A stretch of 63,647 nt of DNA, the filler included, from Sphacelaria rigidula (Eukaryota): assembly GCA_964200075.2 (NCBI GenBank). It is 9 parts of 9 records of this genome, joined end to end, with 100 filler letters (N's around TTAATTAATTAA, not from the genome) between each part and the next. Parts side by side here need not be neighbours in the genome. Positions count along the whole stretch, not along the records: positions 1 to 6,984 come from CAXNAA020017085.1; positions 7,085 to 14,067 come from CAXNAA020017086.1; 7 more parts are not named here. One strand, written 5' to 3'. A program made the position numbers and the translations under genes. The notes beneath the pieces were generated by a model. The model saw nothing but the letters and a program-made list of their open reading frames with translations, had not been told where the DNA came from and did no database searches. Shown here one piece after another: positions 1 through 10,325 of the stretch (position 1 is the first letter of the stretch; every line of letters begins with the position of its first letter).

Positions 1-59
1 TGTGTTTGTTTTTTTGTGTCGTGGCCTCGTCGAGTGCCCGAGCGCTCCTGGCGTGGGGG

Positions 60-290
60 GGGGGGGGGGGGGGGGGGGGCTCATGGTTTTTCATGCCGTA
101 GTCGTGAGACCTTTGACCTCGCATTTCTACAAAGCCAGAACAGAGCACGCCGGGCTTCCGCCCGACCAGGCTCGCAATCAATCACCGAGCGCGAAGCGCC
201 GTGGTGTGTTCGGGCAGTCGCGTCAAGGGTGAGGTGCATCCTGCCAAGATTGTTTGGCCCGAAGCGTAATGATTATCCTGCATGTGGATG
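60..290 (+). repeat. Dispersed repeat family A (poly-G-flanked, unclassified)
   Basis: Similar sequence occurs at about 27060-27190 (-), 38000-38346 (-), 43945-44003 (+), 28090-28135 (+) and 63580-63640 (-). A shared core is CTACAAAGCCRGRACRGAGCACGCCG. Confidence 0.75.
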
Positions 291-888
291 GCAGCCTCCA
301 ATGGGTTGCTTTATTATCTGGTTTCGTCACTTCCCGAGGCAGCCACGGTTCATACACTACCTCATGGGAGTCTCACCCTAAGGGGGTGGAGGGGGGCAGG
401 CATGACACCAGTAGCCATAATCCACGACACAATTGATGGTAAAAATGAATTCAATCAGCCCAATTCGGAGCGTGGGGAGGGGGGGGAAGGGGGGGAAGGG
501 GGGGCTCAAAAGTTATGTTGTAATAAACGGGCCAAATAGTCGACGGTAAAACAGTAACTCCTCCTCCTCAAATCCATCGCGATCACAAGATGTACAATAA
601 TACTGCACCCCAAGCTGACACGATCGAAAAACTTGCGCAAAGATGCTCCCCAGGACCCTGGGACCCCCGATGACCGGCGAAATAAAAACACCGTCCATCG
701 AAAGTTTTCGGGAATGACCCAGACATGGTCTTACGTGTGTGAAAATTTCCAGAAGCTAACTTCAAGAGTCGATGTGAAAAATATTTTGTAAGACATGAGC
801 GCACACCAGCCCGTACCCTCCATATCAAATATTCAAGTTCCCCCTGTTTCTCCCCCTCCCCTGCTCTTCCCTGCTTTACCCTTCTCAC

Positions 889-3800
889 CTGATCTTCGAA
901 CGTGGTGCCGTTTACGTACGCGGCATCCACAGTTTCCAAGTCATCGTAATCGAGGAGAGCGATGAACCAATCCAGACCTCCCGCTGCGAATAAATGAACG
1001 GTAACAAAAGACGGCAGACAAAACAAATCGATCGGCGCACGGCTGTCAGTGAAAGTCAAGGGTTATTTCCCTTTTTTCTTCTTCTTTCCATTCTGAACCT
1101 GGTCGAGGGAGACATGCGAAAGGAATTTCATGTTTCGAGAGAGATTCAAAGTTTCTCCTCTCAAATCTAGACCTCCTCACACTGCGCGCCGTGTTGTCAA
1201 GTAGAAAAAAGAAGGGTCGCATTCTGCGGAAACGGGAAAAAAAGTCCTGCACTTCAACACAAAGTCCTCGCAACTCTCATGGTAAGACCGACACACGAAT
1301 CATACATCATGAGCTTTCCAAGATGAACCCTTTTGGGACCGGACTCTCCCAGAAGCACGGGGTTTGCACGCAGAGGCTTTTTGTGAAGCGGCATCATTTC
1401 CAGTCATTTTCAAGTAAGAATGATGCCGATTCACCCAACGGTCCCTGCATGCAAACCCCGGGTTTCTGGGAGTCCGGTTCCCAAACCGTTAATTGAACGA
1501 ATTTTCCATATTACTACATACGGGTTCGGTTCGGTCCGGTCCGCGTCCCGTGAGGAAAAAGCAAAGCGAAGGAACACACCGCGACGCAATGCAACTCACT
1601 GGGCGTATCCAAGCCGAAGAGATGGTCGTCACCATCATCGGAAGACGTGGAGCCAACGACGACAATGTCGAAATCGTCTCCGATGATAGCCTTCACTGTG
1701 TCGTCTCCGCTGCCCCCAAACTGCGCTTGGGTCGATGCCTCCGCTTCCAAGTCCGCATCAAACCCCTTGACCAGAAAATCGACCCCACCGACTGCGGATA
1801 TTGGCGTGCAAAGTTGTTGTTGCCGTTGTTATTGGACGGAGGGAGGGAAGATAGCAGTGGATTTGAAAAAAAAAGGTTCATTCGTCAATTATTTCTATTT
1901 CACTCTCAAGAACTTTATATTTACTTTTTTGACTCTTGATTGTAGCTAGGTACATATATCATATGTGAATATTTTGATTCCTTTTGACGCGCGAGGTCGT
2001 CGTTTTCGGAACAGAACCTCCTGCTGAGCATTTCAGCGCGCGAGGTCGCCGTTCACGGAACAGAGCCTCCCGCTGAGCTTTTCAACATGTCCAGTCTGAC
2101 TGTCGCTGTCGCCGAGCAACCACTGTAGCTCCGATTTGTCTTCTGAGAGTCCACCCCCCTCTCTCTTTTGATATCAATATACCGCGTACTTGCATGCTTT
2201 CTATTCTAACCCCTGTCCTTTTTGTACATTGGAGCACTTTCATCCCCCCCCTCTTCCCAGCGACGACTGCGTGATCTCAAGGGATCTACTCACCTCTCCC
2301 CGAGGTGAACACACGCCCTGCAATATGGTGAAACAAAAACTCTTCCCGCTGCTCATGGACGTGCTCACATTTTTTTTCATGCAACGGAAATTAGACATCC
2401 CTCTTCTTGAATGGCAAGCGAAGAAAACCTGGGAAGTGACTGTGAAAAAAAATGGCGGAAAATCTCACGGATTTTCCTTCTCATTTTTTCTCTCACCGGA
2501 GTCGTCTATCAAACCCGCCTCCGTGTTCGCAGCGATGAACAGGAAGTCCTTGTGGTGCACAGCCGCTACGGCTCTGCGATGTCATCATCCAATCCAAACA
2601 GTCGGGGTGCGGGAGGTGGACAGGGCTTTGTCAGATGTATGGCACGATATACTACAACTACAGACCAAGCAGATTGGACAAAAGGGGTAAAGCTGCGCTG
2701 CCCGCAGCGCATCAGCTTACGCCGGCGTTGAACGCGGATAACGAATTCGTACACGAAGGTCCGTGGACGTTTGCACGGCCTACTGATGGGCGCGGGGGGG
2801 GGGGGGGGAAACAACAGAAGCCAGTATCCTAAAGCACCCCTGGGAATGGGGAGGGTGAATACGGGAGGCGCAAGGGAGGCGGAGTNNNNNNNNNNGTGTG
2901 GGGGGGGGGGGGGGGGGGGGGGGGGACAAAAGCAAGTTGATTCGCTCAGTTAGCCTGTGGTATTGGGCGAAGTATTGCGGGAGGGGGAAGGGCGGCTGTT
3001 TTAGTGCTTATGGTTCCAAGGTAAAGTCTCGACGTGCCTCTTTCGAGATGAGAGATAAGATACACGCTTTTTTTCTTCATTCCCGACGTGTCGATGGAAC
3101 ACAACACCTTGAAGATCATTCCGTTTTGCATGGAGCAAAATGCGCAGTTCCATGCACTCACGTCCCGACCAGCGCACACCAACGAAGACCATTAATTTAG
3201 GCTGGGTCAGGGTACGGTCGGTAGAGAGTAAAGAGTATGAACAATCAGTACAGTGTCATGAACGAGGGTACAAAGCTCTAGAGGCTCATCCTTAGTGCTC
3301 GCAGTACATTTATACAGCCCACGTGGGCAACTCTGTGATGTTCTTGAAGTCCACCATGGCGACTGAATCGTGTCATCGAGGATTTTCTTGATGCTGCAGG
3401 TACGGTATCCTTCGGCAAAAAAGGGAAACTGGAAACGGAGCGGTCTCATATTTTTTGTGAGGTCGGCGCGATAACGGTGCGCAAGTTCCGCTCGCTGCCT
3501 CCTGGACGTGGGAATAATACGAGAATGATATAGGGGCGGCCAGGAGTTCACAGCCTACGTACTGCTCTTACATATACGTCCATTATGGTGTTGTACGCGA
3601 CAGCCATTGTACGAATCGCCGTTTGTATGTCGACACGAAATGAACCATTGTACTACTTTCGTGTGTAACAGGTATAAATACCGGAAAACTTCTTTGCGGT
3701 GGGTGCAAAGTGACCTTGTGCAGCGCTTGTCATGAGTGAGAAACAAGTTGCGGCAGGAATTGAGCACTGCGCAGTCATGACGACCGTTTTCTCTCACCGA

Positions 3801-4310
3801 TACTGGCACTCATAGCATCTGTCTAGTGTTTCTTGTGCCGTGTCTACCGCGCCGGTATGTACAACTGAATGTCCTGCTGTACAGACTACAACAAACAGTG
3901 AGGAGCAACGCATTATTGGACTCCGGTAACGATGCCATGCACTGTTTGTTGATTACAGGGACGGACTACTGTACTGTTGTGCTGGTAAAGATGTAAAAGT
4001 CAGCTCTCTCAGATTGCACTTGCTATAAACACGCTGCACGTACCGCAATCAAGCACAAAGACACAGCGAACAAGACACAGCGAACAATGAACTTGTGTGC
4101 GGGCATTCGTCCTCTCAATCGCAAGAGGACCGTTGTAGTTGTTATTGTCATTTGTCCCCTACATCTTCACTATTGCTGCCCAATGCGCGGGGTTCACCAC
4201 CCTGGCCGTTCATCACGGACCCCTGGACAACGATCATCCAACCGAATACAAGGACGAACAATGAACGAATTGTTCTGTACTCGTGTGCACAAAAAAAGCA
4301 ACGCGCATTC

Positions 4311-4354
<44 letters not shown>

Positions 4355-4509
4355 ACCGCAACAAAACATATAATAAAAATTTATGCACAACACCACCACA
4401 ACACTGCCCAACCACACCCACCCCAAAACGCANNNNNNNNNNAACCCCACCCACACCAAAAACACGAAAAAAAAAAACACAATTTTTTCTCCCCCCGTCC
4501 CCCAAAAAA

Positions 4510-4544
<35 letters not shown>

Positions 4545-5275
4545 TTCGCCATCGCCCATCCCTCTTGGAAGTAAAAACTTTGCGAATTAGACTTCTTCAC
4601 ACAGGAGACCCTGCTCTGACGAAAACCCACCCGGTATAGATGGAAATTTTAAGGGCAGTGTGCCAACGATGCGAGCTGAGGCAATAGCAGCATAGATCTC
4701 GAGGCAGGCGACGACAAAGACATCTCGACCGTTACGGGGGGTTGAGGATTGGGGCCGGGGGTCGTGACGAGGTATCCAGTGAAGGTGATGTTTGATCTCT
4801 ACATGTGAACAGGCATGAAATTGACTGTTGGGTTCTTGATTAGGAGCGCACCACCAGGGGTGGGGACGTGGCTCGAACACAATTCTTTCGACAGCTATGA
4901 TGAGGTTGACAGTGAATGTACACCACATCGACAGTTCACCAAAACGTCTCCATCAATCATGAGTTTTTGCTGATCAGCAAATGCGATGGCTTTCGAGAAT
5001 CTATCCAGTCCGCAAAATGTCCGCTCGAATTGTGTGCGGTTGTGTGGAGAAAGGGGGCGTCAAGCATGGAGGGAAATGGATGACACAACTGAGACTCACA
5101 GATCATCGGCCTCGTTCCCCTTGCCCGTCACCGTCCCCGACACGGATGCGGTGACCGTTTGTGCGTCTTCGCCCTGCACTTCATCATCTGCCCGCACCCC
5201 GGAGAGCGTCGCGACGCCCGCAGCAAGCACCAGCAAGCTCACCATTTCCAGTCGTGGCCTGACGAAACGGCGCAT
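889..5275 (-). CDS. Secreted beta-propeller (SBBP-like) repeat protein, spliced, 3' end not found
   Basis: First exon 5275-5100 reads MRRFVRPRLEMVSLLVLAAGVATLSGVRADDEVQG..., signal-peptide-like, with AAAAAATG context and a GTGAGT donor. Four downstream exons have CAG/GTGAG borders and matching phases: 2573-2497, 2317-2294, 1791-1600, 983-889. They splice to AVAAVHHKDFLFIAANTEAGLIDDSGRVFTSGRVGGVDFLVKGFDADLEAEASTQAQFGGSGDDTVKAIIGDDFDIVVVGSTSS...TGGLDWFIALLDYDDLETVDAAYVNGTTFEDQ, with a repeated GGxDxxxxxxD...FGGSGDD pattern. Exons between 5100 and 2573 are not resolved, so linking the first exon to the others is inference. Confidence 0.7.
1324..1492. mobile_element. piggyBac-like MITE (~165 bp, long TIR variant)
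   Basis: TGAA|CCCTTTTGGGACCGGACTCTCCCAGAAGCACGGGGTTTGCACGCAG pairs with CTGCATGCAAACCCCGGGTTTCTGGGAGTCCGGTTCCCAAACCG|TTAA. The internal TGATGCCGATTCA motif is shared with the contig 3 MITEs. Confidence 0.65.
1988..2086 (+). repeat. Two-copy ~49-bp tandem repeat in an intron
   Basis: GCGCGAGGTCG.CGTT..CGGAACAGA.CCTCC.GCTGAGC.TTTCA occurs twice in tandem. Confidence 0.8.
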
Positions 5276-6180
5276 TTTTTGTGACGGGCGCTGTCCGGTC
5301 TTCGGCTTCTGTGAGAAACTCTATATGTCGAACAAACAGGAATGGCGTACTACTCCTCTTCCTCTGCTTCCACTTCTTGCGGTACAACTGAAAGCCACAG
5401 CAGGGAGGAGAAGTGCGTGTGGTAGCGATGGGCCAAGTTTACTGTGGCTTTCGGACGATTGTGTTGGGATAAGTTCGGCGGCTACACCGTGTCGTTGTGG
5501 ATTATGCGCGGGGTGTTGTGCAAGTGTGGTCGTGTTTCGGCCAACAAAAAATGATTCGAATATTCCGCAGAAGGGTGAAAAATCATCCGAGAAATTTATT
5601 CGCATGGAAATGATTAACATGATGCTGTATAACACCCCAACGGGGATAGCCTTTCGACGTCACCTTTCCCGACCTTCATGACGATCATGCCAGTAAAATC
5701 TGGGGTAATCGAGGATAAATTACATCCAAACCGTGTAAAACTGGCCTTTTAGGGGAGAAAATCTCACCAGCTCCCGATCAAGTCGCGGTTATAAATTACC
5801 TCCACTAGGGTGTTATACCACGTATTTTTTCATATTCGCATTTTCCCGCAACGGGCCGTTGGCGCCACCTGCTGCCCCAAAGCACTGCCCGCTCATCCTA
5901 CACTCAGCTTCATTACGCAACGACCGCAGACTCAACACACAAGCAACCAGTCCACGGCAGCAAACACAAGACACGGAGCCCAGCACCCCCGAAAGCTTGT
6001 AAGTAGATACGCAGTGCTGCCGCTTCTGCTTCTACTTCTGCTCCCGAGGTAGCTTGTGCCCACCCGCCTGCACGTTGCTCCAAAAACATCGGCTTGGGAT
6101 CTCAAATAGTTCTTTCCCCGAAGTCAAGCGCATCCGATCAGCAGCGAGCAGTAGTGCACAACAACATCTCTGTACGAGAG

Positions 6181-6393
6181 ATGCCGCCTACCAATGCCGT
6201 CAACACTGGTGGGGGAACCATGCCCAAGGAAAGGATGACGGCCGCGGAGATCGGGGTGCATTTCACCAACGCGTTCCTGATTCTGATCGTGGTGCTGTTC
6301 GTGCTATTCAGCCTGTGGGTGGAGGTTTTCGCCATTCCCGTTTTCTTTGTCTTCTTCAGAGCTGCTGTCGTGACAGTAGGCAGCGCCCGACAG
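6181..6393 (+). CDS. Putative first coding exon of a membrane protein of unknown function
   Basis: ATG at 6181 gives MPPTNAVNTGGGTMPKERMTAAEIGVHFTNAFLILIVVLFVLFSLWVEVFAIPVFFVFFRAAVVTVGSARQ, with a long hydrophobic stretch, ending at CAG|GTGAGT. Confidence 0.5.
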
Positions 6394-6984
6394 GTGAGTC
6401 GGTGCGCATCGTCTTGGTTGAGAACCTGCATTGATTGGATGACTGCGGGTAGGAAGTTGTTGTCGCTTTTATCATAGGCCTACCACTGAGCTCAGCTTCC
6501 CCTTTTGTGCGATATAGTGCTCAATGTCATCCTCTTCGACATCTTGCTTCCTCTCTCTTCCTGTCGAGTCCACCTGCCTCTGTGGACCCTAAATGAAAGC
6601 ATCTAACCCTTGGGCTGCTGCGAAGATAGGTCATCTGGGTCACGTACTAAACTTTCAAGTGAAAGTGATGCCGATTCAACAAAACTGTCCGGCGGTGAAG
6701 CCGACGTCATTTGCTTGGCTTGGTACATGAAACCTCACGGTGTGGCTTGCAGAAACATATCTTATTCTTCCTCTGGCTGAGTGTTTACGGACGTTTTTCG
6801 GTGTTTCGTAGCCCCTGGTTTGGGCGTGCTGGAGTGGCAACGCAACAACTCTTCAGCATGAGCTACACATGTAGAGTCAGACGTTCTCACCGCCTGTTGG
6901 CATTTGGGATCGTGCTTGTTCTAGCATTCCTCGAAAACGTGGGAAGCATCGGATAGTCTTGATCTGTAGGCATCAACGATGGCT

Positions 6985-7084
6985 NNNNNNNNNNNNNNNN
7001 NNNNNNNNNNNNNNNNNNNNNNNNNNNNTTAATTAATTAANNNNNNNNNNNNNNNNNNNNNNNNNNNNNNNNNNNNNNNNNNNN
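6985..7084. other. Artificial contig spacer
   Basis: N44-TTAATTAATTAA-N44, a six-frame stop linker. Confidence 0.98.
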
Positions 7085-7512
7085 ACCGTACCGTTTTCAC
7101 GGATTTCTGCGACGGTGCACCGCGGGGAATTGCCGCGGTTTGTGCGGATTGTTCCACGGAGGGGGGCAATCCGCTCCGTGAAAAAATCCATGCCACGGAT
7201 ATCCGCTCCGCAATAATCCGTGACACTTCCATTGGCGGATATCCGCCCCGTGAAAATCCGTGACTTTTCTCACTGACGGATAACCGCTCCGCTCCGTACC
7301 ATATAAAAAAATCCGCACCGCACCGTGACATTTTCTTTGGCGGATATCCGCTCCGCAATAATCTGTGACATTTTCAGTGGCGGATATCCGTACCGTCATA
7401 ATCCGTGATTTTCCACACATACATACGGATATCCGCCCCGCTCCGCTCCGTGAGGTTTCGAAAACAAAAAATCCGCACCACGGAGCGGATTGTCCTCCGT
7501 ACACATCCCTGG
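7085..7512. mobile_element. End of an hAT-like non-autonomous element with a subterminal repeat array
   Basis: Many CGGATATCCG(CTCCG) and ATCCGTGA motifs end in CATCCCTG. Its reverse complement CAGGGATG resembles the Ac/Ds terminus. Truncated by the contig start. Confidence 0.55.
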
Positions 7513-8400
7513 TTATATTGCCCTGCTACGGGTCAACCATTTCGTTTTCTGACTAACAATGTGTGGTGTTGTAGTGGCGTTCGTTGATCTTGTTCGGTCC
7601 GTTCTGGGCGGGGTCGTAGTACAGCTGCTCCCCTTGTTCCGTGCCCTCACTCGGTCGTAGTTGTTGCAGTATGTAGTGGTGGTGTGAAATCCTGTAGGGT
7701 GAAGCGCGGCGACCTAATCGCAAGAAGTGTTCCGTTTCAAATGAAACACCGGAAGTTCACTTGACGTGACTGTGCTGTAGCATGCCCTGTGCTCCGACGT
7801 GAGTGATGTTTCTGGTGATGATGCTGAAGTGCGCTGAAGACGTGTCTCTGGATACTGGCTTCTTGATAGTGGATGCTGTTCTCGGGCTTGGAGTCGCTTG
7901 GGATGGTTGCTTCTTGAAAAAGCAGGTGATCTTCATTTGTTTTCGTTGTGATCGTGTTGGCTGGTTGGGATTTTCTGTACCGCCCATTTTGCGTGCGATG
8001 TCCCTTGGAGGTTGAATTGCCCCGCTTTTTACGTGTGCAGGCAGGGTATCTAGCACCTGCTGGACTACTGATGATGAGTCTGCTTTCTTGATGCCAAGTT
8101 TTTTTCTGGCATACTCTGTTGCTATACCTATAACGCCTAAACTGCCCTGGTGTCGTACCTCGGGCTGCTGGTGCTGCTGTGGCTGGTGCTTTTGTGGCTG
8201 GTGTTGGTGCTAGAGTTGATGATGGTAATGATGACGCGATTCTTCTGCGGTGAAGTTGTCGATCTTCTTGAACTTCTGTTGTAATCTCCTCGTCTGTTGA
8301 AGTCGGCACGTTTGTTCTTTTCGTAAAATTTCGGCTTTTCTCCCATCGTTCTGTTGTATGCAGATGTAGGCTTGACCCATGAAGATCTATTATTTTTACT

Positions 8401-10325
8401 CTAGTTTCTACCCTGTCTCGCTTTACTCGTTGAATCGTACGGTCTTGTCATTGTTCTGCCGGAAGATATCGAAGATGGTTCGGCAATCTTGACTGCTCCT
8501 GTCGATTTGATGTCCGGGGGAGGTACTACTGCTGATAATGCTGTGCCAATCCCCATAAATTTCCCGGACACTACACCAGTCGTAAATGCTGGCCCGGTGT
8601 TTGTTTTGACGTTTCTTGAGTCCCGAACAATCTGTATATTGTGGAGCGTACCGTTGATGTTATTTGTGTGTGTTAGAATCTTGAATTTTCCGAAGTCGAC
8701 GTGAGAGTCGACGGAGAACACGGTTGAAGCTCCTCTTGTGAGTGCTTCAACTGTTAAGAAAAGATATTTCCCTAGACCCGGAACAATAATGGCCCGAAGG
8801 CGGACGGAGTGTTGATTACCCTGCTGATCACAGACGATGGAGTGGAGTACTCCCTTTCCTGTCCCACTGAGGATATGACGACCTGCTGTCAGAATACTCA
8901 TGGGAGGATCGAGTTCCACATAATAATCAAACATTTCCTCTTCAATAGTAGGGAGTAGCTAATTGTCGATGCAGTGATGACTGGCCCCGGAGTCGCATAC
9001 CATCTTGAATGATATCAACACCGGTAGCTGAGAGTTGTCCTTGTCTGCAGGACCAGCAAAAAAGCTAAAGCCTATGCCGCTTGATGGCGAGCTTGTGTCA
9101 GTCGCTGTTGGTGCTGCCGATCCGCTAGTCTCTTGAACTTGGATGTTGGATGGTGCTGTCGTCGATGCAGAATTCACTGTGACGGCGTTTGCTTGGCGTT
9201 GATGTTCGTCGATATTGTTGTTGTCTCTATTATTGTTGAAGTTGTTGTCGTTGTTATCGTTCCTGTCGTTGTTCTTGAACGTACTACCATTACCGATTTG
9301 ATTATTGCATTCGGAGTTGTCATGTATATCTGTACGATGCAGACTGCACCATTTGACAGTCCTGCTTCTGCTGTTAGGTTGTCGTTTCGAGCGACAGTCT
9401 CGGCTTTGGTGTCCAGGCCGACCGCAGGAAAAACATGTCCCCAGCAAATTTTGTAGGTGTTGCAGATGAATCGAGAGGTGAGGTTGCTATTATGGCGGAA
9501 TCACGCCCGCGTATTCCCTTTGACAAAATTCCGCGTGCGACGCGATTTGAATACATATTCCTCATTGTTAGTTCGATGTTGGAGATGCTGAAGTCTGGGT
9601 CACGCTCCGCATCATACTTTACCCTGTCGTATTCATGTGTCAAGCCTTCCACCACGATGTCCGTGAGTCTATCATCTGAAATGAAGTCACCCATGTACAC
9701 CAGCTGATCACGTAATTCACAGATCTTGGTCAAAAACACGCCAGGATCTTGGCCAGGTGACATCTTGATATTATCTACCTGACGCACAAGAATACGCCGC
9801 CGTTGCTTCGAAGAGTTCTCGTATTTACCGACCAGTGCCTCCCATGCAATTTTGCCATCCGGTCTTGCGTGACCCTTCGGCTGGAAGCGAAGAAGAAGAA
9901 AACTACCCGCTGGGGCTGTAGTTGTCCAGTATAGTATATTGAACAACTGTTCGTTACAGCGATCCCAATCATCAACTTTCAGAACTATTCACCACAACTC
10001 TCACATGTGTATCCTCCCAAGAGAAGTCCACTCCGCTGCCAGCCAGCGGGTCCCCAACTGGATCACTTGTTTCGGCTGCCTCTTCAGATGAAGTGGGCGC
10101 GGTTCCTTGGGAGCGGGTGTGTGGCGGAGTTGATCTTGACCTGGGTCGTGTAACTGGAACTGACTGGGCGCCTTGAGTGTGCTCCACGTCATCAAAAGTT
10201 TCCGCGGGACGTTTACTTCCATTCATTATATCCGAAATCCCAGGATGTGTGAGGGAATTTGTTCCGTCGAATTTCCTGATGCTCCTGATGAGCTGTGCGA
10301 CAGATTGGTCTTCTTAATTATCCAT
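8401..10325 (-). mobile_element. Degenerate Ty1/copia gag-protease region (frameshifted; no integrase or RT seen)
   Basis: Gag segments IRKFDGTN, WDRCNEQLFNILY, PDGKIAWEALVGKYE and DPGVFLTKICELRDQL...DIVVEGLTHEY. Zinc knuckle CFSCGRPGHQSRDC, second motif WCSLHRTDIHDNSEC, protease DSGASHH, then GTGKG...IVPGLGKYL. Broken by stops and frameshifts near 10315, 9975, 9440 and 8959. Confidence 0.9.

Noticed and set aside
583..1273. Sola/Zator-like transposase fragment in minus-strand ORFs
   Set aside because: The coding-like part is explained by exon 983-889 of the propeller gene; the rest lacks catalytic motifs.
4087..4639. Proline/glycine-rich ORFs (formin- or extensin-like)
   Set aside because: They come from poly-C tracts and low-quality sequence around an N10 gap.
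4736..4797. Extra propeller-gene exon SNITFTGYLVTTPGPNPQPP (and AMVDFKNITELPT near 3321-3362)
   Set aside because: Both look coding, but I could not make the splice phases join consistently, so they are not in the model.
4986..5681. 231-aa plus-strand ORF
   Set aside because: It is antisense to the signal-peptide exon and has no recognisable domain.
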